The notes beneath the pieces are model-generated. The model was not told the DNA's origin, did no database searches, and saw only the letters and a list, made by a program, of their open reading frames with translations. DNA of 64,000 nucleotides, taken from Cyanobacteriota bacterium erpe_2018_sw_21hr_WHONDRS-SW48-000092_B_bin.40 (GTDB lineage: Bacteria; Cyanobacteriota; Vampirovibrionia; Obscuribacterales; Obscuribacteraceae). The translations under genes and the position numbers were made by a program. Shown here one piece after another: positions 17,078 through 25,087 of this stretch. The stretch covers positions 2,806 through 66,805 of the forward strand of contig JAUPUU010000106.1 of NCBI GenBank assembly GCA_030917395.1, written 5' to 3'. Within the stretch, counting starts at the first letter, position 1. The number at the start of each line of letters is the position of its first letter.

Positions 17078-19522
17078 GTGAAATTGCTGAAGAAGCTTGA
17101 ATACGTCAGGCAACTGATAAAAGACGGCAAACTCAATGAAGCCTACAGCGAACTTGTTTCAGCAATCGATGAGCAGCCCTCAAGCTCTGGCCGCAATGGT
17201 GCTCAGAGCGGCACCCTTAGCACCGAGTTATTGGCAGTGGTGGCCGGATTGATCAAAGCTCTCTCGCTTGGCTCCAATTTTCGCCTGGCAGACGACTTAA
17301 TTGCCCGAACAGTAAATCGCATCGAGCCGAAAGACGACCACCTCTTTCTCACTCTTTCTGACGAGCTAGTGCACCAGGCCGAAGTAAATGTCAACACCAC
17401 GAAAGAAAATGCCGCTCGCTGCGACAAGTTGCTAGACCAAGCCATTCGCATCAGAGAAGTGCTAGTCGGTGCCGACGGCCCCACAGCTGAGCTAATTATC
17501 GAATCGGTCTTAAGCAACCTGCAACGCGCTCGTCACAGCGCCAATAACAACATGGCCCCAGAAGCCGGGGCCAGACTGGCGCGCTGTCGCGTTCTTATGA
17601 GCGAACTTGAGCGCCTGATGGTAACCATCAAGCGCCCCGGCCCTATTCTACTTGCTCGAGTTTGCACATTGCGAGCATTTTTTGCTCACTCATCGGGTCA
17701 AAAAGCTGCAGCCCGCGACAACTTTACTCTAGCCTTGTCTATCTTTGAAAAAATCGCCGTTAGTAACAGTTTAGAACGCTCTGATGTCTTGGACATGTTC
17801 ATGGAGCAAGCCCCACACTTCGCCCTCAATCAAGAAGAGAAGCAAAGTTTAGAGCACATCAAGCAATCAAAAATTATTCCAAAGAGACAAGGAACGCTGC
17901 ATAAAATTCGTGCTTTTCCTACTTTGCAGCACATCGAAGAGATCATGGAAAAGGCTCGCACCAAGGCCGGCAAAAGCTTCTATCTTACTTCGCTGGGTTT
18001 TCTTGGCGCCCAATCGCTCACAGTCTCAGTCGTTTGCGACAAAGAAAGCCGCGACCTAAATTTCAAAATTGAGCCCTCCAAAACAGAAACATCGAAACAC
18101 GAAAGCATTCTGCTCACCAGCGATGATGCTGCCGAGGTGCTAAGACACATCAAAGATCTCTGGCGCAAAATGCAGGCCAAACCAAGTAACAACTTGCCGG
18201 CTAACCTGCAGAAGCTAACCTACAACCCCGAGGCTTTCGATACTCCGGCAAAAAAAGAAGATTGGGCAGTAAAACCAGCTCCCAAAAGCTACTCCGAACA
18301 ATTCGAGCCAGAAATATTTCAAAACAGTCAAGCCACCTATGGTTCTCTAGAAGCACACAAAGCAAAAGAAGCAGCCGCTTTTGAAGGCAATCTCAAAGCA
18401 ATGCCGAGCTTTGGTCTTTTGCAAACAATAGGCATCAACCAAAACACCGGCTTGCTCGAAGTTAGTCAACGGGATGGCATGCTGCGCGTCTATTTTGACA
18501 ACGGCAAACCAGTACACGGTTCTTCGGCCGCCCAGGAAGGTCTTGATGTACTCTACGAGTTTGTCCTACAAGAAGAAGGTTTCTTCCGTTTCATCCCAGA
18601 GAAACGCCCAGCACAGACCACTATCCGCGTAAAACTCGATAGCTTTATTTTAGAAGCCGCTACTCTTTTCGATCAAACCAAATATTTAAAATCACTGGGT
18701 CTGACAATGTACTCTGGCCTCTTTTCAAAAGAGTCAGTATCAGAAGAACAAGAGCTAGCCAAAATATTAGACAAACGCGGCGTCAAAGCCGACGCACACA
18801 TTTGGCAATTTTACCAAGCACTAGAACAGCACCCCATTGTCGCCGACGCCGTCGAGCAGGCCGGTCTACCCTTACGACAGTGGACACCAGCCTTGTATAA
18901 GCTAGTGCAGAGCGGGCTCGTCAATATTTCAAACGATCGCCTTGACGATGAAGATCTTACTCAAAACCTGGTCACCAATTGGAGCTACGATCGCAAAGCC
19001 GTAGATAAACTGGCAGCCACTCTCTACGACCAGCGCAGCGGTTTGCTTAGATTTGAATTTTTGGTATGGACCATCGAGAAAGAAGTCGAACGCGCTCAAA
19101 CTCAGATGTGGCCCTTATCGATAATGATTTTTGAATTTCGCAAACAAGGCAAAGATGTCTCAAAACTGAGCGCCCACGACAAAGAGTTGGTACAAACTAC
19201 ACTAGCCGAAATCTCAGACTGCAAGCGCTCAATTGACTGGCTCTGCCACTTCGAAGAAGAACAATTTGCACTCTTGATGCCCGGACTCGATGCCGCTCTC
19301 GCTGCCATGTTCGCTAAAAACTTCGCCGACATTTGCAATCGCAACTTAGGCAAACTAAGGGAAGGACACTCAGAGTGGGAATATAGCTTTGGGGTCTCAA
19401 GCATGCCAGGCGACACAATTGAATGGCAGAAAATGGTGGGCTTTGCCTGCGAGGCACAACGCAAAGCTCGAATCGCTAGAAGTGGTTTTGCCGCTCACCA
19501 AGACGAAAAGAAACCAAGATAA
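17078..19522 (+). CDS. Large signalling protein: helical N-terminus, DUF4388-like domain, degenerate GGDEF-like C-terminus
   Basis: FGLLQTIGINQNTGLLEVSQRDGMLRVYFDNGKPVHG...GFFRF resembles DUF4388. In the C-terminus HFEEEQFALLMPG sits where RxGGDEF is expected. The start is GTG. Confidence 0.65.
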   Translation: MKLLKKLEYVRQLIKDGKLNEAYSELVSAIDEQPSSSGRNGAQSGTLSTELLAVVAGLIKALSLGSNFRLADDLIARTVNRIEPKDDHLFLTLSDELVHQAEVNVNTTKENAARCDKLLDQAIRIREVLVGADGPTAELIIESVLSNLQRARHSANNNMAPEAGARLARCRVLMSELERLMVTIKRPGPILLARVCTLRAFFAHSSGQKAAARDNFTLALSIFEKIAVSNSLERSDVLDMFMEQAPHFALNQEEKQSLEHIKQSKIIPKRQGTLHKIRAFPTLQHIEEIMEKARTKAGKSFYLTSLGFLGAQSLTVSVVCDKESRDLNFKIEPSKTETSKHESILLTSDDAAEVLRHIKDLWRKMQAKPSNNLPANLQKLTYNPEAFDTPAKKEDWAVKPAPKSYSEQFEPEIFQNSQATYGSLEAHKAKEAAAFEGNLKAMPSFGLLQTIGINQNTGLLEVSQRDGMLRVYFDNGKPVHGSSAAQEGLDVLYEFVLQEEGFFRFIPEKRPAQTTIRVKLDSFILEAATLFDQTKYLKSLGLTMYSGLFSKESVSEEQELAKILDKRGVKADAHIWQFYQALEQHPIVADAVEQAGLPLRQWTPALYKLVQSGLVNISNDRLDDEDLTQNLVTNWSYDRKAVDKLAATLYDQRSGLLRFEFLVWTIEKEVERAQTQMWPLSIMIFEFRKQGKDVSKLSAHDKELVQTTLAEISDCKRSIDWLCHFEEEQFALLMPGLDAALAAMFAKNFADICNRNLGKLREGHSEWEYSFGVSSMPGDTIEWQKMVGFACEAQRKARIARSGFAAHQDEKKPR

Positions 19523-19525
19523 ACC

Positions 19526-19939
19526 TTGCGAGGGGCCATGGGCTCTAGTGAAGATATTGTGCATGACGGTGCAAAGCAGCGAGCCTGGCGAGCAGCTAAG
19601 CTTCGCGAAGCTATAGACAACCAGACGCCATCAGAAATTATGGAAGCACGAACAGGCATCTCTGTGCCTCGCTTTGGCATCGACGGAATAGACAATATAG
19701 ATGACATAGATGGCATAGATGAAGGGGCAGCCGCACCCCAGTCGGCCTTCACTGAACACGATATCAAAGCCTTAGCAAAAGCCATAAGTGAAACTGTATT
19801 TCTACTGCCTGAGCAAGGCATTGTTTTCACCAAGGTACAGCTGGCCAAAGAACTCGGCGTCACCCTTGACGCTATGCTATCCATGACCGATGAAGGCTAC
19901 GAACGCCTAGGGCTCGTGCAAATTAAACCGAGCAGGTAG
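19526..19939 (+). CDS. Hypothetical protein with an acidic GID/NID repeat
   Basis: It lies 4 nt downstream of the previous gene. It contains GIDGIDNIDDIDGIDEG and a possible HTH-like segment (FTKVQLAKELGVTLDAMLSM). No family was recognised. Confidence 0.4.
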   Translation: MRGAMGSSEDIVHDGAKQRAWRAAKLREAIDNQTPSEIMEARTGISVPRFGIDGIDNIDDIDGIDEGAAAPQSAFTEHDIKALAKAISETVFLLPEQGIVFTKVQLAKELGVTLDAMLSMTDEGYERLGLVQIKPSR

Positions 19940-19965
19940 AGAAGGCTTCTCAAAGCAACTTCAAA

Positions 19966-20268
19966 CTAAAGTGCAGTCTTCAATTCTCGCGAAGCCACCG
20001 CTTGGGTTTTGCTGAACTGTTCAAGATCTGCCTGGACTTGCCTGTATACGACTTGCTTTATGTATTGCTGATAGGATACTCCCATCAGATCGGCTACTTT
20101 TTTTACCATGTCGACCTGAGAAGCACCCCAGCGAAAATTGACACGGCATTCCTCGTCGGCAGCTGCGATTTGACGTACGGCTTCAGCATGCTCATCGGCG
20201 GAAAGCTCTACAGCCCCCATTTTTAAGACTTTAGTCTTGTCAAATTTTCCTCTTGGTTCTCTCTTCAT
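19966..20268 (-). CDS. BrnA-like ribbon-helix-helix antitoxin
   Basis: The C-terminal VNFRWGASQVDMVKKVADLMGVSYQQYIKQVVYRQVQADLEQ follows the RHH/BrnA pattern. The start overlaps the upstream ORF's stop by 1 nt. Confidence 0.6.
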   Translation of the reverse strand: MKREPRGKFDKTKVLKMGAVELSADEHAEAVRQIAAADEECRVNFRWGASQVDMVKKVADLMGVSYQQYIKQVVYRQVQADLEQFSKTQAVASRELKTAL

Positions 20269-20540
20269 CAGCTCGTCCTCTGAAAGCAGCTAATTATCAT
20301 TATTTTGGTTTGCTTTGCATCCAACCAGTACCAGTAGATGCCTCGGGTATCTGTATATGTCTCAAACCTGTTGTTATCTGTATTTTCGACTTCTTCAGTT
20401 CCTTCAAACCAAACTTCAATTGCATCTTCAGGCTGGAACAATCCGCGCGCATAGATATGAAGCATCCCCGGCGGATCCATATCGTATTTGAAGAAGAACT
20501 CATACCCCTCATATCTAACTACTTCGTATTTCTTGGACAC
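20268..20540 (-). CDS. Putative toxin partner (BrnT/DUF497-like; weak)
   Basis: A 90-aa ORF sits immediately upstream of, and coupled to, the antitoxin. Its C-terminus KIMIISCFQ resembles the IRIISAR ending of BrnT. The similarity is by eye only. Confidence 0.4.
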   Translation of the reverse strand: MSKKYEVVRYEGYEFFFKYDMDPPGMLHIYARGLFQPEDAIEVWFEGTEEVENTDNNRFETYTDTRGIYWYWLDAKQTKIMIISCFQRTS

Positions 20541-20610
20541 GACTCCCTCGTGCTAGCCAGCCAGACAACACCAATATACCCATAACATAGCAATATTACA
20601 CCTAAACAGG

Positions 20611-20621
20611 GGCAATTTGCC
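20611..20621. promoter_or_regulatory. Perfect 11-bp palindrome, candidate operator of the TA pair
   Basis: GGCAATTTGCC lies about 70 nt upstream of the toxin start. Confidence 0.25.
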
Positions 20622-20737
20622 ACCGTATATCCACGTAACCGTTTTATTCAGTTATCTCGCCCAAAGCCAGTTAGCTCGTGTCTAATTGATGTCCACATGC
20701 CTCCCTTAAACTGACGAAGTCGAAAGCGAAACAAGGG

Positions 20738-21541
20738 GTGCAAATCATGGCCTGCGAATTTGAAACCACCGACCGCAAATTCATCCTCAAAGCGAATCAA
20801 TACGATAGCGGATATCTTCGCCACCCCGAAAATGCTCTAGCCGATTTGAGCGAGCAGCTAGCCGGTAAAGATACTGCTGCAGCCAACAAGGTTCTCGTTG
20901 ACAGCCACTTACTACCGGGCCTTAATATAGTTGCCGCAAGAGACGAAGCTGGTATCATGCGTGACACCACTGGCGCAAATGTTCTTCTCACTGAGAAGGA
21001 ATTGCGGCAGCATGCAGCCCAGGAGCTAAAAGAAATAACTGACGGTGCCAAGCTCGCCACAGAAGCCTTTGATCACTTACATTCAGGTTTTGACGGCCCT
21101 CTGGGCCTCTTATTCCCTGCTCAAATGACAAAGGACGACATCGGCTCAGCACTCAAAAACAAGAACCTCACGCCAGAGGAAATAGCCGGCCTCAATATCA
21201 TGCAGGAGAAATTCGGCCAGATGAGCTTCTTCGACACATCGATAAGTCGCGAGGATATGAGCAGCTATCCAGAGTTCCAACGTAAACTCATGGACTCCAA
21301 ATTGAGCAATTTTATCGACAATCCAAGTTACCACTCAGAGCCCAGAAGCACCGACGCTTATGAATACTATGGTAGAAGATCTAACCCATACAACCGCGAC
21401 TGGTCCTCGCAACAAAGCAAAGAAGACAGTGACGCCAACCCAAGAACTTTCTCTCTATTCGACTGGAACGATCCCGGTACCTGTATGCCATTTAGGCAAA
21501 CAGAACTATCCTCCCTGAAGTCAAACCGCCCTAAGTTGTAG
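20738..21541 (+). CDS. Hypothetical protein (orphan)
   Basis: A 267-aa ORF in an AT-richer stretch. No motifs were recognised. An ATG at 20747 is an alternative start. Confidence 0.5.
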   Translation: MQIMACEFETTDRKFILKANQYDSGYLRHPENALADLSEQLAGKDTAAANKVLVDSHLLPGLNIVAARDEAGIMRDTTGANVLLTEKELRQHAAQELKEITDGAKLATEAFDHLHSGFDGPLGLLFPAQMTKDDIGSALKNKNLTPEEIAGLNIMQEKFGQMSFFDTSISREDMSSYPEFQRKLMDSKLSNFIDNPSYHSEPRSTDAYEYYGRRSNPYNRDWSSQQSKEDSDANPRTFSLFDWNDPGTCMPFRQTELSSLKSNRPKL

Positions 21542-21597
21542 GGAGTTGAAATTCATTGCCTAGAGCGAGAAGTATTTTGCTGATTGGGACGGCAGCT

Positions 21598-21690
21598 CTA
21601 AGCTTGACTGAGCGACATTGCCGCCTTAAGGAATCCAAAAATTGCCAATGCTGGAATTACGAGAAGGGGAACGATAGTCCAAAGTTCCAT
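21598..21690 (-). CDS. Possible 30-aa hydrophobic peptide, not in the ORF track
   Basis: Hand-read MELWTIVPLLVIPALAIFGFLKAAMSLSQA, a single TM helix. GAGGT lies 5 nt upstream of the ATG. Confidence 0.3.
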   Translation of the reverse strand: MELWTIVPLLVIPALAIFGFLKAAMSLSQA

Positions 21691-22052
21691 GGGACACCTC
21701 ACTTTTGCAAATGGCTGCTACAGCCACTTGCTTGTTACCTTTTTGTTACCGCATGTGCACCACACGCGATGTGAGAATTATAACTACGCACAGGAAAAGT
21801 GCATGGAATGACAGTTGTACATTTACAAATGGATCATTCAAATTCAAATTGTAATTGGCCGAACAGGCTAGCTGGTTGGGCCTAACGCTGCTTTGTAAAG
21901 CAATCTTGTTAATGAAGTTTACCGACTCTTTGGTGGCACCGCTAGCAGACGCAACCAAAGTCTCGACTGGCACTAAACGGCTATGCCAACATGGCGCCAG
22001 TTAGACTGAACGAACCGCTATAAACTGATTCAGCTCCACGATTTTCGTCCTA

Positions 22053-22445
22053 CTATTCCGCGATATCGGAGAAATCATCTCGTGTTACGACTACAAGCAG
22101 GGGCGGCTCGAAATGATTATTGTCATAAATCAGTTTCTCTGGAGCCCAAACATCGTACCCGTCAGGAGTAATACAATCCAGTATCAGTAGAGCCTGATTA
22201 GAAAAATGGATGTTAACTCCCGTCGGCTCACGATCATCCACCGTCACTACCGTGGCTCCCACCAAATCGTCAAGGCCAATTACTCCAGGCAATATCTGGT
22301 AGAGACAATTGCATAACATTCCTGTTTTGTCATCAAATACAAGGGAGAAATTATGACAGTCTTTATTCCTATCGACAGACAGCAGTGTCAAACCCTCCAT
22401 CGTTTTAAGAGGGTGCGATTGAAACTCTAGACTTAGTTCTCCCAT
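22053..22445 (-). CDS. Hypothetical protein (orphan, acidic)
   Basis: A 130-aa ORF with no recognised motifs. It is divergent from the next membrane protein. Confidence 0.5.
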   Translation of the reverse strand: MGELSLEFQSHPLKTMEGLTLLSVDRNKDCHNFSLVFDDKTGMLCNCLYQILPGVIGLDDLVGATVVTVDDREPTGVNIHFSNQALLILDCITPDGYDVWAPEKLIYDNNHFEPPLLVVVTRDDFSDIAE

Positions 22446-22602
22446 GGCGTCTCCGCGATATCGAATCTAGGAAATTGTTGCGAACTACAGGGTGCTAGGG
22501 AAGTGCGGGCCGCAGCTCTCGGCATATCCACCGGATCCCTATCCGCTTCTGTTTCCTGTTTACCCGGTAAGTAGATTTATACACTGAGGTTATAATTAGC
22601 AG

Positions 22603-23331
22603 ATGGAGACCTCAAAATCATCACTATCGCAATTCCTCCTCCTCAATGAGCGCAACCTATTCTGGCTCTTTGTCGCTTCTTGCCTTGTTTTTGTTGCCAA
22701 CTGGTTTCTTGCTACCCACGGCTTCATCGAAATCGAAAATGACCGCCTGCGCCTGCTGCTCACCGCTGTGAGCATGTGCAGCCCTGTCATTGGCATTATC
22801 ATGCTCTTTTCTCAAGACTGCCGCAACGAAGTTCCAATTATTGCCGCACTGGTCTTTGTCTCAATGCTGCTAATGTGGCCGACCGCTACTATTACCTGCT
22901 TTGCCATACTGCTTTTCTGCTGGACCAATAAAAGCCGAGCCTTGGGCATTGGCATTCTATTAATTGTGCAGGTCTTCGCCGGAATTTTGCTTCTCACCGA
23001 AAAAACAGACGCTCACCAAATTGTCGAAATAGCACGACTGACAATGCCTAAGCACGAACTAGTGCTCAGAGGGTTGACTAAAGACGGAACCTATTGCACG
23101 AGCCTGGTCTTGCAAGAAGACTATCCAGTTATTACCGGCCTCCGTCTAGTCAAAACTTTTTATCGCCTGAAAGACGACGAATATGACTACAAAAAAGAGC
23201 TATTCAGCCTAAGCCCAGTTGACGACAGTCATGCTGGATTGGTTATTCAACACGGCCCGCGTTCGCAGCGCGTTGTTATCGACCTGACAATTAAAAATCG
23301 CTGGTCTGAGTTTGATGAGAACGTCTATTAG
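22603..23331 (+). CDS. Hypothetical membrane protein (about 4 TM N-terminus plus soluble C-terminal domain)
   Basis: Hydrophobic spans occupy the first ~135 aa, followed by a ~100-aa soluble tail. No family was recognised. Confidence 0.55.
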   Translation: METSKSSLSQFLLLNERNLFWLFVASCLVFVANWFLATHGFIEIENDRLRLLLTAVSMCSPVIGIIMLFSQDCRNEVPIIAALVFVSMLLMWPTATITCFAILLFCWTNKSRALGIGILLIVQVFAGILLLTEKTDAHQIVEIARLTMPKHELVLRGLTKDGTYCTSLVLQEDYPVITGLRLVKTFYRLKDDEYDYKKELFSLSPVDDSHAGLVIQHGPRSQRVVIDLTIKNRWSEFDENVY

Positions 23332-23347
23332 CCGATATCCTTGCCAA

Positions 23348-25012
23348 TCACTTAAGAACAGGCCGAACAAATTTAGCACCAGGGCGATATTCCGCAGTAT
23401 TAAATACGGTGTCACACACCTGCTCGTGCTTTGATTCTTTAGATTCTTGCGTACACACTTTTAGCTTCCAAATAGAGTTACCTTTACCCCAGTAGGCATG
23501 CCGCTCACGATAGACAATGTCGAGGCGTTCATAGACAAACTCGGTGACCAAGCCATGAATATCTTTGTCTTTGCCAAAATCAAATTGGTGAATGGGCATG
23601 ACCTCAACAAAGCGCTCATAGGTGCCATGATAACGGCGCTGTGCCTTAGCGCAGGCCTCCACCGAAGGTGAATCAGAAAAGTGCTTCAACTCAATGAAAT
23701 TACCAGAGTCAATACGACTTTGCACCCGCAGAAGCACGGCCTTATCTGCCGCAGCCGCTGGCGCATATAACGCGGGAGCATCGAAGGAAACCACACCGCA
23801 GTCTATCCGCTCAACTTTCTCTCCAAACTGAGCGGCAATAGCTTGTTTTTGTTGCTTACTCTGATTTTCGTAAATCAAAAGACCAACACAACCACATGCA
23901 ACTAGAACACCGCACCAGAAAGACAACAATATCTTTTTCTTCAAAGATCGCTTTCGCTTCGAAAGCTTAGCATTGCTGCCAGAGAACAAAATTTCTTTTA
24001 GTTCTGCGGTGATACCAGGCTGCAAGCCCTTTAGAGCATCTTTGAGTTCATCAAAACTTTCGAAGCGATCACCTGGATCTTTCTCCAAAGCTTTATTGAC
24101 AATTTTAACCATTCGCGGCGGCACAGTGGCACCACTTTTCGACAAAGAACGGGGTGCTTCGTTGATATGCTTATTCATCATTTCATACGATGTATCGCCG
24201 TCTATCGGCAATTTTCCTGATAGCACCTCATACATAACGCAGCCAAAAGAATAAATATCAGTGCGAAAATCAATTGGGCCACCGGTACACTGTTCCGGAG
24301 ACATGTAGGCTGGAGTGCCAAGCACTTCACCAGTCATAGTCAAATGCTCACGATTATTCTCTTCATCCGACACTACTTTGGCCAGACCAAAATCTAAAAT
24401 TTTGACAGTATCAGAGCCGTCCTCGGCCCTATCGAGCAGAATGTTCGAGGGTTTGATATCGCGGTGAATCAAACCAATCGCATGGGCTGCAGCAATGCCA
24501 TCGCAGGCCTGCAAAAAGATCTTAAGAGCGCGGTCGCTATCCAAGCGCTTGTGCTGGGCAAGAACATCAGCCAAGGTTGTTCCCGGCGCCAATTCCATAG
24601 CCAAGTAGGGCTGCCCCTCAGGCAAAACGCCATAGTCATAAACAGCGGCTACATTGGGATGAACCAGAGTGCTGATTGACTCGGCCTCATGCTGAAAACG
24701 CCTGATTTTCTCAGGCTTGTCGACAAATTCGGCATGCAGAATCTTGATTGCCACAGAGCGCCGCAATCCCTTCTGTTCAGCTTTGTACACAGTGGCAAAG
24801 CCGCCCATCCCAAGCACTTCGACAATTTGATATTTATCAGCAATTAGCTTGCCGATGAAGGGGTCGCGCCGCACCACCGCAAGAAGGCTATTGTCATCGG
24901 GACAGCGCTCCATCTCAGGGCTATATTTGATCTGGCAGGAGGGGCAGACTTTGCCAGTCACTAGCGAACGAGAATCCAAATCCATCAGACTTCGCCTTTT
25001 GACGCTCAACAA
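23348..25012 (-). CDS. Ser/Thr protein kinase with N-terminal zinc-ribbon, one TM and an extracytoplasmic C-terminal domain
   Basis: CPSCQ...CPDD, then Hanks motifs GMGGFATVYKA, AIK, HRDIKPSNILL, DFGLAK and GTPAYMSPE. The TM span is ILLSFWCGVLVACGCVGLLIY. Confidence 0.9.
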   Translation of the reverse strand: MLSVKRRSLMDLDSRSLVTGKVCPSCQIKYSPEMERCPDDNSLLAVVRRDPFIGKLIADKYQIVEVLGMGGFATVYKAEQKGLRRSVAIKILHAEFVDKPEKIRRFQHEAESISTLVHPNVAAVYDYGVLPEGQPYLAMELAPGTTLADVLAQHKRLDSDRALKIFLQACDGIAAAHAIGLIHRDIKPSNILLDRAEDGSDTVKILDFGLAKVVSDEENNREHLTMTGEVLGTPAYMSPEQCTGGPIDFRTDIYSFGCVMYEVLSGKLPIDGDTSYEMMNKHINEAPRSLSKSGATVPPRMVKIVNKALEKDPGDRFESFDELKDALKGLQPGITAELKEILFSGSNAKLSKRKRSLKKKILLSFWCGVLVACGCVGLLIYENQSKQQKQAIAAQFGEKVERIDCGVVSFDAPALYAPAAAADKAVLLRVQSRIDSGNFIELKHFSDSPSVEACAKAQRRYHGTYERFVEVMPIHQFDFGKDKDIHGLVTEFVYERLDIVYRERHAYWGKGNSIWKLKVCTQESKESKHEQVCDTVFNTAEYRPGAKFVRPVLK

Positions 25013-25087
25013 CCAATATTCCCACTATATTTACATTTGGAACCATTACTAATATTTTGCAAGATCATGTAAGCCTCTGGGTACAAA

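Noticed and set aside
21556-21973. Two mutually overlapping ORFs (21556..21774 + and 21746..21973 -) lie in the AT-rich gap.
   Set aside because: They have no SD, odd Cys/His/Leu-rich composition and no recognisable motif. The region is treated as non-coding apart from the 30-aa SD-preceded peptide.
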